A stretch of 64,000 bases of DNA from Lama glama (Eukaryota). The notes under the pieces are model-generated. The model was not told the origin of the DNA, searched no databases, and worked only from the letters and a program-made list of their open reading frames with translations. The stretch lies in the NCBI GenBank assembly GCA_028534125.1, contig CM052817.1:98024001-98088000 (forward strand), written 5' to 3'. The position numbers were made by a program, and so were the translations under genes. Shown one piece after another: positions 1 to 13,376 of the stretch (positions within the stretch are counted from its first letter, which is position 1; every line of letters begins with the position of its first letter).

Positions 1-335
1 ATTCCCTCTCTATACAATTTTCTCCTCTTCAGGGTGCTGCCCTTGGAATTCTACCTCCTTGGTCTTCCAGGACTCTCAGCTACATCTCCGCGTCTCAGAG
101 AGTCAGCCAGGTTCCACTTGGAGTCCCCCTCCCTGTGCCACCGCATGTAAACTCTATCAAGAAAGTAAGTCGGAGAGATCACATACCTCACCTCCTTGGA
201 TTCTTGTCTCTCCGCTATTGCTGTCCTTCGTTGTCTGGTGTCATGTGTCTTAAAAACATATTTTTCCAATGTGTTTGATGATTTGGTTTAAAAGGTAAAC
301 CCAGTCCCTGTTACTCTACCTTGCCTGGAATTATA
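1..335 (-). mobile_element. Ancient L1 (L1ME-like) 5' UTR end, truncated by window edge
   Basis: Ends in 'aaggtaaacccagtccctgttactctaccttgcctggaa', which resembles the reverse-complemented 5' terminus of old L1ME elements; a similar motif closes the L1 at ~16270-16325. Confidence 0.6.
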
Positions 336-399
336 AGCTCTGTGTTTCCAATATTGACCTTTTTCTTACTCCAATTACTCACTCAAAGTTTGAATTTGA

Positions 400-662
400 A
401 TACCTAGCAAATATTCCAATGCACCGTGCATACAGATAAACTCTTTATTCCTTGCAAAACTGCTTTTAAATTCTCCTCTGTGCTTTAGACATTCAAGCCA
501 AATATTTAGAATCATCCTTCTTCGTTTCTCTTACACCTCCCACAGTCTAGCCATCATCAAATACCATTAACTCTACTTTGCAAATACATTCCAAATCTAA
601 CTTTTTTTTTTACCTTAACTGACATCACTCTACTCTAAGACAACATCAGATTACTGTAATAA
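400..662 (+). mobile_element. L2 LINE fragment (upstream part, interrupted by LTR)
   Basis: 'caagccaaatatttagaatcatccttc...ctctactttgcaaatacattccaaatc...gattactgtaat' follows the L2 3' region. Confidence 0.7.
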
Positions 663-667
663 CCCAG

Positions 668-1104
668 TGTCTGGCAGGGGTCTGGCAGGGATGAAAGACA
701 ATACTCTCGAACTGATAAATTAGGAGAGAATTTAATACAGAGATAATTTTAAAGGTGAAGTCTGGGTTAGTTTCATAACTCAGAGCTAGTAATAATGGGG
801 AGTGATTTCCACTCAATGACCTAAATGGACAAAGAGAGGAAGCAGGAACCAAAATTCGAGAAATCAGGGGCTACCTGACAGTAACTGTGGCCCTTGGCCC
901 AGAGATGCGGCCAACCTTCAGCAACCTTGCAGATAGGAAGCTGAAGAATTAAATATATTGACCTCACTCTCTTTTAATTTTATCCTGGTGGCGACCACTG
1001 GCTGAACCCACATGGAAGCCAGAGGTCAAAGAAACTTTCCAATGCTACACAGAAAGGTCACGTTCTAGGGACCCAGGATGAAGACAGGTAGAGTGGCTCT
1101 GGAG
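668..1104 (-). mobile_element. ERVL-type solo LTR (LTR33/LTR41-like) inserted in L2
   Basis: Begins TGT; contains 'ggagagaatttaatacagaga', 'aaatatattgacctcactctc', 'ggctgaacccacatggaagccagagg'; L2 resumes after it; 'cccag' lies on both sides (663-667, 1105-1109) as a possible TSD. Confidence 0.6.
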
Positions 1105-1109
1105 CCCAG

Positions 1110-1705
1110 TCCCCTGGGTGGTCTCCTCTCTCCTGTGCAACCCCTCCTGTTTTCTGTTCAGAGCAGCCAGAGGGACCCTTTGAAAATATTAATCTGTTTA
1201 TGTCATTTCAGGGCTTGAAACGCTGAAGTAGCTTTCCCTGACACTTAGAATAAAATTTAAAATCCTTACTATGATCTAAAGTCCCTACATGATCTCATCC
1301 TTGGCTACTTTTCTAGTGCAATCTCTAATTACTCTGCCCATCTCTTATTCTGCTCCAGCCACAATGGTCTTCCTGCTTTTCCTTCACGCTCCAAGTTTCT
1401 TCCTGCTATGCGCTGGCTGTCCTCTCCAGCTGAAAGCTCTTTTACAGTCCTCATTGTATTGTCTTTGAGAGATCTTCTCAGATTCATGCACCTAAAATCG
1501 TAGCCTTTATTATGCCCTATCCCCTCATCCTTTTTGATTTTACGTTTCTTCATAGCAGTCATTTCCATCTGTTTATTATCTCCCTCTCGCATGAGAATAT
1601 AAGCTCCATGAAGGCAAGAGCTTTGGCTTAGTAGTTGGCTAGTTTCTGTGGCTAGAACAGAACCTGTCACGTTATAAGTGATAAATATAAATTGAACAAG
1701 TAAGA
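1110..1705 (+). mobile_element. L2 (L2a-like) 3' end
   Basis: 'cagcagccagagggacccttt', 'cttagaataaaatttaaaatccttac', 'ctccagccacaatggtc', 'aagctccatgaaggcaagag' and a degenerate 3' tail. Confidence 0.8.
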
Positions 1706-1834
1706 GAATACCAGATAATTCTCTACCTCTTTTTCTAATCCAGAGAAATTTTGTTCGTGTTTCTTCCAAACACCAGATTTCACTGTACAACACTATAGTT
1801 CCCCCACTTCACTTCCCGAAACATTTACAGATAG

Positions 1835-2304
1835 TGTATTAGTTTGCTGGGGCTGCTGTAACAATATACCATAATCTAAGGGGCTCAAACAACAGAAATG
1901 TATTTTCTCACAGTTCTGGAGGCTAGAAGTCTGAGATGAGGTGTCATCAGGATTGGTTCTTTCTGAAGGCTATGAAGAAGAATCTGTTCCATGCCTCTGT
2001 CCCCCCTGCTGGTGGTTTGCTGGCCGTCTTCATCATTCTTTGGCTTGTAGAGGCATCAACTCAATCTCTGTCCTTATCTTTACCTGGCATTCTCCCTGTG
2101 TGCGTGTCTGTCTCCAGCTGCTCTCTTTTTACAAGGACCCCAGCCATGTTGGATTAGGAGCCCACTCTACTCCAGTACAACCTCACCTGACTTAACTAAT
2201 GGCATTTTCAAAGCCCCTATTTCCAAATAAGCCCACATCCTGAGGTGCTGAGGGTTAGGACTGCAACACACAAATTTTGGGGAAACCCTATCTAACCTGC
2301 AACA
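1835..2304 (-). mobile_element. MaLR solo LTR, MLT1C-like
   Basis: TG...CA termini; 'tgtattagtttgctggggctgctgtaaca...cacagttctggaggctagaagtctgag'; perfect 5-bp TSD GATAG at 1830-1834 and 2305-2309. Confidence 0.9.
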
Positions 2305-2377
2305 GATAGTGAGCTTGCCATAGGAATCAAATAGATAACACTATATAAGAATAAATAATCAAAATAATATTTAAATG

Positions 2378-3812
2378 CTTCAATAATTTATTTTGAAGTA
2401 ATTTTGTACTTTCTGAAAAGTTATAACAACAGTACAGAGAACTTCTGTACCCTCTTCAGTCAGACTCTTGAGCTAACACTCCATCACATTTATCACCTTT
2501 TCTCTCCCTCCCTCCCTCTCTCTCTCACTCAATCTATTATTATTACTCTTTTCCTGAGCTATTTGAGAGCAAATTGCAGTCATAATACTTCATTCTCCCC
2601 TAAATTCTGTGGTTTGTAAGTCTCCAAAACATGATGTAGAGACTTGACAGACACTTCCGTAATCACAATACAGCCACCAAAATCAGTAAGTTAATATTGA
2701 TGTAATACTAACTTGGAGTCGTTGAAGCACATTAAAATTTTTCCAAGTGTTTCCACCTTATCTCCTTTTCCAAAGTTCAGTCCAGAATCACACATTCCTT
2801 TTAGTTGTGACCCTTCTTTAGTCTCTCTTCATCTGGAACAGTTTCTTCCTCTTCTCTTGTCTTTCATGATCTTGAAACTTTCACTCTGTGGGCTGTCCTT
2901 CAACCTGAGTCTGTCTGATTTTTCCCCCATGTCCAGTCAGGCTATGTGCTCCTGAAGAGTTACCACAGGAATAAAGCTGTGCTCTTCTCAGCACCTTACA
3001 CCAGGAGGCACCTGTCTCTCCACTGGTGATGTGAGCCTTGATCACCAGTCCAAGCAGGTGTCTGTCAGACTTATCCACCTTAAAGTCTCCATGTTTCCTT
3101 TTACAATTGAGAAGTATTTTGGAGAGAGATACTCCCAAGACTTGTCAGTATCCTGTACCTCATCAAACTTCTCCCCCAGCCTAAGCATCTCTTAATGACT
3201 ACCATCTGAATCAACCGCCAGTATTACAGTACCATGTGGTAATTGTTCCTGTTTCTTCTACACTTATTAATTGGCACACTAATTTAAGGAGGAGTTTCCA
3301 CCTCTCCCTCCATTTAAGAATGGACTTGTGGATTCCCACTTTATTCAAAGGGCTGCAATCTATTTCTACCATTGTTTATTGTGACGCTCAGAATTCCCAG
3401 CTTTGGCCAGTAGCAGGTTCTCGTTAGGCTCCTGTGTCCCCCTTCTGCCATGTATCTATCATTCCCTGAGCACTTCTTTACGTTTTGACACAGAAATACA
3501 TTACAGGCTTATCTTACATTTTTCTTGCCCTCGCTTTGAAATCAGCCATCTCTCTGAGGAACCTTTGTTTCTTCGTGTGGAGAAAGGTTTTTAGAATTCA
3601 AGATCTGGGCACTCACTGATCTCCTGGAATTGCTTGGCAGACCTTCAAGGGCAGAACTAGAAAATGAATATTAATATGCCTATATATTTACACACATCAC
3701 ACACACACACATAACTTCTATCTACTTATATTTTTCCGTATTTGTATACCTTTTCTCCAACAGGGAGAAATTTTGGTCTTAGTATCCTCAACATATTTAC
3801 TCATTTGTTCAG
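2378..3812 (-). mobile_element. L1MC4/5-like 3' region
   Basis: 'ttattttgaagtaattttgtactttctgaaaagttataacaacagtacagagaac', 'gaaatcagccatctctctgaggaacc' are typical of the antisense L1MC 3' UTR. Confidence 0.7.
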
Positions 3813-4099
3813 CACCCAAGGATGTGGCCACACTGGCCACCACCTTTGCCCTAATTCTGCAGCTCTCTCCTCAGCTCCTGGCCTGTCACCATGTCCTGGG
3901 CTGCTGCCACCTTAGCATCTAGTCACACTCCTTCCTTGAAAGTGATGGAGGGAATAAAAAGACAAAGAGGAAGAGCAACACATAACATCTAATCCCTAGA
4001 AGTGCTGAAGAATTATCTTATACCAGTTCATTTTCCAGCCTTTCCATTGCTCCATCTGTGCTTGACACTTTGTTTTGTCCTTAATTAGACAGTAGTGAA

Positions 4100-4240
4100 T
4101 CAAAACTGACTTCAGTGTGCTACTAGTGCACCTACTGATATGTACGCCCCTGTGTGGCACAGGGTGAGGTAAGAACGTGAACAAGGCTCATATCTTGTCT
4201 TCAGAGTGCTCTCAGTTGAGTAGAGAAGATAATACATGTA
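4100..4240 (-). mobile_element. L2 3' end fragment
   Basis: 'agtgcacctac...gtgaacaaggctc...ttgtcttcagagtgctctcagttgagtagagaaga' resembles the antisense L2 tail. Confidence 0.5.
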
Positions 4241-4834
4241 GGTGGATCTATTTTTGTCAAACAAGCTGGACCATAATAGGAAAGTAATCGTCTTCATTTC
4301 TCCTTCTCCATGTATGATTCTGTGTTAAGGACTCTCCCACGTGACATGCATGCACATTCTGAGAAAGTCTTTCATGGAATGCCTTTGACTGATCTGCCAT
4401 AAGTTAAGTCATACTGCTCCTCTGGCCAGCCATCTCCATAACTCCCTCACAGTCCCTGGGTTTTGATTGGCTTTTATTGGTCCATCTCATTTTTGAGTCC
4501 TTTTGCCCCCCAGACATACTTCTTGGGTGGGATTCCTTTTAAAATGAGTGCAGAGAGTTTAGAAGAACCCAGGACCTTTCACAAAGTCCTCTTCTGGTGT
4601 TGGGAAGACATATGCCTTTGTCCTGCCATCTGTAGAATTGCTGGGCTCATTCTCAGCTCGATTCTGTTAAGTTCATGCTTCCTGAGCCTGGGGCTCTCTA
4701 GGGCTTGTTGCGATGCCCCTTAAGTTCTAGAGGCCCATGTCAAGCTCTCACTGTGGGCTCTTGAGACCCTTCTCACTCAGCATCAGTTGAAGGCAAAGCA
4801 ACCTTCTCTGATCTTGCAGCACACTAACACTAAA

Positions 4835-4990
4835 GGGTACTTCTGGGATGGTAGCGACATTGTCTCTCTTGATCTGGATGATGGTTTCTTCATGTTCCCA
4901 CTTGGGTGTAAGTCATCAAGCTGTATACTTGTATGGGCAGTTTTCAGTATGTAGATTATATTTCAATAAAGACTAATTGTTAAAAATATA
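4835..4990 (+). mobile_element. L1ME-like 3' terminal fragment
   Basis: 'ttctgggatggtagcgacattgtctctcttgatctggatgatgg...catcaagctgtatact...tatatttcaataaag'. Confidence 0.7.
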
Positions 4991-5167
4991 TTCAGAAGAT
5001 AATTTGCATGATTTTGATTTTGAATTGGTGTAGAGTCCCTCCTACCATTTTTAAAATTATAATTGTGTAACTAAGTCCAACTCACCCAATTCATCATTCC
5101 TTCCAAATTGAGACTAAGAACCCACTTATCCTTTTCTTATTTCCAGATCTACTCCTGATATGCCTAG

Positions 5168-5630
5168 TTCTATTCATCAGGATTCTTTGGATTTCTAGGC
5201 ACAGAAACCCAATCTGAAGCAGCACAAAGTAGAATTTATTGACACATAAACAAATCACTGGGGAGAGAAGAGTGAAGCAAACTTCAAGGACTAGAAAACT
5301 TCAAGATATCCTTTGCCATTTTCTCTAATGTGCTTCCCTCCATTTTAATGAAAAGTGTATTCTTTCAGACCAGCCTGCTCCATGAGTCGCTGGTCAAGAC
5401 TCATCAGTACCAAAGCTCCATGCCTCTATTCACCCCTCTTTCCACTGAAAAGTCCTGCTGGAAACTCTGATCAGTTTGGGTCATGAGCCCACTACTGCCA
5501 AGGAGTAAAGAGACAGAGAAGAGGAAAGAGTAAAGATACTTATTTTGGGGTGGGAAGAGTAGTTCCACAAAGGGCAGGTTGCACTGTCTAAAATAAATGG
5601 GAGGAATCCTGGAAGAGACAAATAAAATTT
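5168..5630 (-). mobile_element. Old MaLR LTR (MLT1J/K-like)
   Basis: 'tcaggattctttgg...acagaaacccaatctg...aatttattgacacat' and 'ttgggtcatgagcccac'. Confidence 0.55.
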
Positions 5631-6189
5631 ACATTTATTCACTGATTACCACTAATGTTAAACGGTTTCAACAGGGTGTTTATTGGTTGTTGGAGATGAG
5701 CTGAAATATGACTTTTCTTAATATTGCAGGAACTTAAGAGCTGTGTGCTGGTCTGAAGCATTTCCATGTATTAAATAAAGGTTCAGCAAGTATTTGTTAC
5801 TGATTTTACTAATAATAATGATGGTGAAGATACTAGGATTCTCTGATCATGTTCAAAGAGTTATTTATCTTTTACATTTTCTGAAATAGAAAACCAAATA
5901 TAGGAAACATATGGATGGTGTATGAAATACATTCTTCCTTGAGCTTTTGGGGAAACTCATCAAATTTCCCTTTCTAGACAGAAAATATTTGCATAGTGTC
6001 CATAAGCATTTATTGACCACCTCCGGATTTTGTGGCAATATCCATATCCAATTTCCCATAGTAATATATTCCATTTTCAGGTTCAGCTCTATTGAATACC
6101 CATGATATGTGAGATGCTCATGTCATTTTTAATCCTCCCAACGTTTCTGCATGTTAAATACCATTATCCACATTTTGTAGATCAGTAAC

Positions 6190-6268
6190 TGTATTTGTTA
6201 TCACTGTGTAACAAATTACTACAAAATGTACTGGCTTACAACAGCAAATACTTACTATCTCATAGTCA
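6190..6268 (-). mobile_element. MLT1 LTR terminal fragment
   Basis: 'tgtatttgttatcactgtgtaacaaattactacaaaatgtactggcttacaacagcaaatacttactatctcatagt'. Confidence 0.6.
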
Positions 6269-6289
6269 AGACACAACAAGATATAATAC

Positions 6290-6730
6290 ATGGCTGGCCT
6301 GATCTTGAAGTGGAGAATTCAAGGCATAGTTTGTAGGTAGTATTGGCAGGTCTTGTTGAGGGATTAAATCTGGGGTAAGAAAAGAAGTAGAAGAGATCAA
6401 GTGTAACTCCAAAACTTGACTTTAACAACATGAGGTCCTTCACTAAAATGGAGGGGAGTGAGATAGAAATAGGTTGGGTGGGGAGAATGAGAGCTTTGTT
6501 TTGGACATAATAAGTTTGAAGCACCTGTGAGACAGCCAAATGGAGATATCAAGGATGAGATGGTCTTACAGTTTTGGAGTTAAGACTAGACTAGACTAGA
6601 AGTCTAGACTAGAGATCACCCTTGGCCAAGGAACTGATTTTTAGTTACTGAGGCTTGAGCCTGAAATCTCAATGCAATTTGATAGTAAGCTCATCTAGAT
6701 ACACACAGAAGACTAGATAAGAGGTAGAAG
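6290..6730 (-). mobile_element. L2 fragment containing a short (GACTA)n run at 6583-6613
   Basis: 'gtttgtaggtagtattggcaggtcttgttgagggattaaat', 'gttttggacataataagtttgaagcacctgtgagacagccaaatggagatatcaag'. Confidence 0.75.
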
Positions 6731-9700
6731 GAAGAGCAGGTCAAGAAGTTTCTTCTCAATGTCTAATTCTCAACTAGCTCAACTTCTTACCTAAGGCTTT
6801 TATAACTATTATTTATTATTATTATTTTATTATCATCATCACCAATGTTTGGGGGATGGTGTAGGAGAAATGCCTCTCAGGGCTGTTGGCAAAGAAACAG
6901 AATCCTAGAGAGAGAGAGAATCTAGATTCCAAGAGCTGTTTCTGTGAGGGCTTCAGAAAGCATCAGGACATGGATGACCCTGAAACGCAGTGGTGGGAGT
7001 GATGTCCAGGAGGGAACAGATCTGGGGTCTTGCCTTCCCTCTCTTGAAGCCTGGGAGAAGGAGTTCAAAGAGAAAGAAAAGGAAAGAAAGATCACCCTTC
7101 TTCCCAGCTCCCTGCTGTTGTGTTTTGAGTTCCTATCTTGATGTAATGAAAGATTCTGTCCAACAATACAGCCTCTGTTAAAAATATCCTTAATCTTGAG
7201 CAGTTCAGAGCTGCATTCATCCTCCCTGGGAGTGGAAAAACTAAGAGACAAACCTTATAGGTCTTTTTCCTGGAAGCCTCCTAGTCGGTGGGCTGGCTGG
7301 GAACATCCAGTTGTCACAGTGATAGAGTGACACTCTAGCTTTTTCCGACCACAAGCTCTCAGGTAAGGGGAAGGCAGGGGCTTGTTACCAAGGTCCCTGA
7401 GGGCCATCTCTCAATCACTGCCCTAACAAAAAGCATTCACCTGTACTCCATAAAATATTCCATTCTCCATCAGCAAGTGATTCTGGCTGCTAGATTTCTC
7501 TCACTCTCCTAGCCTGAAGTTCATATGCCCTTTTTTAACTACAGTAAAACTCAAAGATATCAAAATGAAGACTGTGTTGACAATGCATTTGTGGCTCGGT
7601 TGCTTTTAGATTTTAATCAGGCATAGCTGTCTTTCTTCACATAGTGGCTCCCGAGCTTACATTTAAAAAAAGAGTAGAGAATGTGATTTTTCTATATTAC
7701 AAAGCAATAAAAGTACATGAAACTACAAAAGCAGTTTTTATGTCTAGCTTACTCCCTTCGGTTTTTTTAAAATGAAGAGGGGAGGTGTTAATTGAACCCT
7801 GTTGGTGCTGCTTACATCTTCAAATATAGTGATTTGTTTTCTTTTGCAAAGAAAAGAGACATGGTGTTTGTTTCTTTTTGTTGAAATACAGCTTCTGTTA
7901 AACTAGTGCGCTGCCTTTTTACAAAATGGTCAACAAGAGGTTCAGCCTGTTCACGGCACTAAGAATCCAAGAGCTAGAGATGACACACACTTGTCCAGCA
8001 CGTGTCAGCAACCGCTCCCATTACCAGTGGATAACTGATAACGTCACTAAAGCCTTTCCAAACTTTTTTGTCACCATCTTGTGTTTTACCCACTTTTTTA
8101 GCCTAGTAAATACTTCGATTGTGTCATTCCACCCTCTCTTGATATTTTGAATCCTTTTCCTCTCCTAGCCACGGCTCTCATAGCACTCATCAAATTCAGT
8201 CTCAAAACTATCCTGCTTTGGGCATAGATGTCACCCACAAATAAGTTCCTTATTTCCTTCATTTAGTTTTGAAGTGACAGTAGATGTCAGTATCACTGGT
8301 AAAGTCAAAAATAACCGTCAAATATTTTTCTCTTGCTTAATTCTTTTCTGCAGAGTTTGGTGTGTGTCTTTTAACTTCCCTCAGAGGCCTTTGTGGTGAC
8401 ATCACATTTCTCCTAAGAAAGGCAAGATTCAGGCCATCTTCATGGCTCGGAGCTTAAAAACCTCAATCTGGTCGTGTACTTTGATTTACTTCTTCCGTCT
8501 GGACTCACACTCTGTTCTCACCAGATACCCTGAACCATCTTTGAAATACATCAACAGCTTTCCCCATTGAGTGGTTCTTTATATAGCCTCTTAACGGGTC
8601 TAGAGCTGTCAAAGTTTCTCGGCAATATTTGTTTTGTATTCAAAGGTTACCTGCTAGAGATCCTTGAGGTGGTTTGCTCCTGATGGATAGTAATGACGGC
8701 AGTGGTCCAACCCCCATACTGTCCTCCGCAATCAAAGTTGGCAGCGCAAATACGAGGCTGTCTGTTTTTCCACTTGTGAGAAACCTCTTGCAGACAGGCT
8801 GTAAACAGCTTGGGTGGTATTGGCATGACACTGCCTAACTTTTCTGCCTACTCTTTTTAGATTTACTGCTTGTTAATTTGCTCACGTGTACCCATGTGTC
8901 TAAATATACTGAGGCCCTGGAAGATAGTTTTTAATTCAACTTCTACATTGTCAGTTTAAAAAAAAAATTAGGTAAAATTTGCATACAGAGGAATATATGC
9001 GTCCAATTATACAATTCAATAAACTACAACAAATTAAACACTCTAGTCATAATATAAAATATTTGCATCACCCCGAAATGTTTCTTCTACTTTTATCCAA
9101 GAAATCCACACACTTCGTAAGTGACCACTGTTTTGATTTCTATCTCCACATTCTTGAACTTTATATAAATTTAATCAAACAATATCTACTCTTTGGTGTC
9201 TGGCTTCTTTTAGTTATGACAATTTTGAGATTCATCAATGTTATTGTGTATATCAGTGGTTTATTCCTTTCTTATGGTTGAGAAGTATTCCATTGTACGA
9301 ATATGCCATAATCTGTTTATCCATTCTCCTCTTGATGGATCTTTTGGGTTGTTTCCAGTTTGGGGCTATTACAAATAAAGTTGTTATAAACATTCATGGA
9401 GAAGTCTCTTCTGGACCTTTGTTTTAAATTCTCGTGGGTAAATAAGTAAGAATATAATTGCTAGATCATGGACTGAGTTTTAAAAAAACTACCATTTAAT
9501 ATTCCTAATAGTAGTGTATGCAAAGTCTCATTTCTCTACATTCTCACTAACATTCGCTGTATTTTTTCTTTAATTCTACCTTTTTTGGAGCAAGTGCACA
9601 GAATGTGATTCTAGCAGGTGTGATCTTCATTTACATTTCCCTAATAATGCTGAGAAACTTTTTGTATACATTTTCTACCATTTGTATATCTTCTTTTGTA

Positions 9701-11855
9701 AAGTGTCTTAAGTCTTTTGCCCATTTTAAAAATTCTATTATTTTTGGTTTTATTTTCCAGTGGTAAAAATTCTTTGTATATTCTGGATAAAACTTTCTCA
9801 GTTCTGTATACATAGTCCTAGTTGTTGGCTTGTCTATTTATTGTCTTAATGGTGTCTTTTGATGAGCAGAAGATTAACATTTTAAAGGTCTAATTTATTA
9901 GTTTTCTCTTTTATGGTTATTGGTTTCTTCCTGCTCCCTAAGAAATATTTGCCTACCCCAGTACTGCAAGGACATTTGCTTATGTTTTATCTTCTACATA
10001 TTTGTAGATTTAGATTTTATATTTAGATCTTTGATCCTTCTTGAATTAATTTTTGGTTATGATGGAGTAGGATTTGCATTTCATTGCTTTTCATATGCTA
10101 TATTCATTTTTAGAGCACTATTTATTAAAAAGATTTTTTATCCCCATTGGTACCTTGATAGAGAAGAAACTTACTGAATAAGCACGGGTCTATTTTTGAA
10201 CTTTCTTTTCAGTTCACTGATCTATTAGCCTACCTATATGTCAATACTCTTACTGTCTTGATTACTATAGTTTTAGAATAAGTCTTGAAATCGGGAAGTA
10301 TAAATCCTTCAGCTTTTCTCTTCTTTTCCAAATCTGTCTTTGCTATTCTAGCATCTACATTTCCATGTACATTTTAGAATTGGCCTGTCAATTCCCTTTA
10401 CCTGAAAAAAAGAACCTACTGAGATTTTGGCTGGGATGTTTTTTAATAAAAAATAAATGTTGAATTTTGTCAAATATTTTTCTGCACCTATTTGAGATGA
10501 TAATATTTTCCCTTCTATTTGGTAAATATGGAAAATCACACTGATTAGTTTTCTAATGTTAAACCAATCTTGGTTTCTGGAAATGACCTTGCTTAATTAT
10601 GATGTATTATCCTTTTTATATATTGCTGGAATAAATTTGATAATTTATTTATCAATATTTTTAAGAGCTAGTGACCTATAATTTTCTTTTCTTGTAATGT
10701 TTGTGTTAGGTTTTGATATCACAGTTACACTGGCACTATAAAACTAATTGGGAAGTAATCTCTGTTTGTCTGAAAGAATTTGTAAAAGAGTGGTATTATT
10801 TTTTGCTAAAAGATTTGATAAAATTTACTAATCAAACCATTTGTATCTGGATTTTTTGGGGTGGAGGAAGGAAGATTTTTTTATTACATTTTCAGTTTCT
10901 TTAGTTTTGGTAATTTTCTTTTTTCAAGAAAATTTCTATTTTATATAAGTTGTATAGTTTATTAGCATAATGTTATTCATCATTTTTATTACATTTTAAT
11001 GTCCATGAGATTCATAGCTCCTCTTCTAAAAATATTAATACTTTATATTTTCTCTTTCATTGACTTCTCTTATGTTTACTATTTCATTCTTATGCTGGCT
11101 TTTTTAGATGGAAATTTAAATAATTTTATACTGTTCTTTGGTAATGTAGACATTCAAAGTTATAGATTTCTTTTTCAGCACTGCTGGAGCTGCATCTCAC
11201 AAATTTGGTATGTTGTGTGTTAATTATTATTCTATTCAAGTCCCCTAATTTGTTATACTTTATTTTTATCTTAAATTATTTAGAAGTGTACGGTTGATTT
11301 CCAAATAGTTGGGGCTTTCTAGATATATTCATGTTACTGATGTGTAATTTAATATCACTCGTATCAGAGAACATATTCTTTATGATTTTAATAATTTTAA
11401 TTAATTAAGGCTAGTTTTATGGGCCAGGATATGGCCTATCTTGGTGAATTTTTCATGCTCACTTAAAAATAATGTGTATTCTTTTGTTGTTGAGTAGAGT
11501 GTCCTATGAATGTTAATTAAGTCAAGGTGGTTCATAGTGTTGTTCAAATCTTTTATATTCTGGCTGTTTTTACCTACCTGTTCCAGCAGTTGTTAAGAGG
11601 AGGATGATAAAGTTACTGATGATGACAACTGTGTATTTATTTATTTCTCCCTTCAGTTTTATTCATGTATTTTGAAGATCTTGTATTTAGTGTAAACACA
11701 TTTATGATTTTATGTCTTCCTAAAGAGGTGACCTTTTTATTGTTTGAAATGTGACTCTTTATTTCTGGTAACAGTCTCAGTCTTGATGTTTGTTATTAAT
11801 CCTCACGCACCATCTTCCTTATTCTTACTGTTTGCATTGTGTATCTTTTCCCAGT

Positions 11856-12228
11856 TATCTTAGTCTGGTTAAGCTTCCATAACAAATGCCAAAGCCTTGG
11901 GTCTAAACAACAGAAAGTTATTTTCTTAGAGTTTTGAAAGCTCAAAGTCCAAGATTAAGATCCAACAAGGTCAATTTCTGATGGCAACTCTCTTCTTGGT
12001 TTGTAAGTGCCACTTTCTTGCTCAGTCCTCCTGTGACAGAGACACACAGAGAGAGAATATCTGATGTCCCTTCATTTTCTTATAAGGACACCAGTCATAT
12101 TGACCAAGGCTTTGCCCTTTTTGACCTTAATCACCTCTTTAAAATTTTTTTCTCCTATAGTCACGTGATGGATTAGGACTTCAACATATGAATTTAGAGA
12201 GGGGCGGGGCACAATTCAGTTCATAGCA
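11856..12228 (-). mobile_element. MaLR solo LTR, MLT1A/B-like, nested in L1
   Basis: 'tatcttagtctgg...ccataacaaat...aaagtccaagattaag...cttataaggacaccagtc...caacatatgaattt...acaattcagttcatagca'. Confidence 0.85.
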
Positions 12229-12749
12229 TGAAATTTTAACTTTCAAACTATTTATTTCTCTATATTTAAAGCATGTTGCTTGTATATAGCATATAATTGG
12301 ATCTTAATTTTTTTCAGTTTGACAATCTTTGCTTTTTAATTGAAGTGTTTAGTCCATTTATATTTAATGAAATTATCATTTGGCTAGATTTAGTTCTATT
12401 AGATTCCTCTTTGTTTTCTATTTTTCCAGTCTAGTTTTTTTCTATTCTCCTTCTATACTGAAACTTATGTTTTGATTGTCAAAAATTATTTGGTGTTCCA
12501 TTTTGAGTCCTCTTTGGCTTTCTAGCTATGCCACTTTGTATTTTTTAGTGTTTGCTCTAGATATGAATTCTTGTTACAGTTTCCCTAGAGTTAACATTGT
12601 GATTCTAATATTCACTTAAGATATATAAATTTCTCAAAATATAATTCAATTTACATCTTCCCATCTTTCAAATTACTGTTATCATTTATGTAACTATTAC
12701 ATTTGTTATAAATCCCATAATACAGTGTTATTTATCTCTTACCCTAAAA

Positions 12750-12991
12750 AGGAGGTAAGAAAATTTTTTCCTTAAGGACAAATAGTAAATATTTTAGGTT
12801 TGAGGGCCACATGTAGTCTCCGTCACATATTATTTGCTCTCTTTGTTGTCTTTGTTGTTATTGTTGTTGTTTCACGCTTTTTTTTTTAATAATCCTTAAA
12901 AATATAAAGGAACATTCTTAGCTATCAGAACATACAAAGACAAGCTGTGAGCTCGATTTAGCCCATGGGCCATGAAATTTGCCTGCTTCTA
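12750..12991. mobile_element. hAT-Charlie MITE, MER58(C)-like, nested in L1
   Basis: 'atagtaaatattttaggtttgagggccacat...cattcttagct...gatttagcccatgggcc'; 8-bp TSD-like pair ccctaaaa (12742-12749) / ctctaaaa (12992-12999). Confidence 0.8.
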
Positions 12992-13376
12992 CTCTAAAAA
13001 GTCAGCTGTCTTAAAAAAAAATGCAAAAAATAGATAGGTTTTTATATTTATCATTTTCAATGCTTGTTTTTCCTTCCTGCAAATGTGAATTTAAGCTGGT
13101 ATTATTTCCCTTCAGTCTGAATAGCTTCCTTTAATATATCTTGTAGTGCAGATCTCATGAGTTCTCTCTGCCTCTATTTACCTGAAAATGTTTCCTGTTT
13201 TACCTCATTTTCAAAGGATATATTGCTGGATAGGGAAATCGTGGTTTCTTCTTTTATTTTTCTTTTACTCCTTTCTGTCTTTAAAGTGTCATTTTATTGT
13301 CTACTGTCACAAATTGTTCTGATAAGAAATCATAATTGTTCACCTTTATGTAATGTTTCTTTTTTCTCTGGCTCCT

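Noticed and set aside
1329..1793. 154-aa minus-strand ORF
   Set aside because: Antisense read through an L2 3' end, with a non-ATG start and no recognisable domain.
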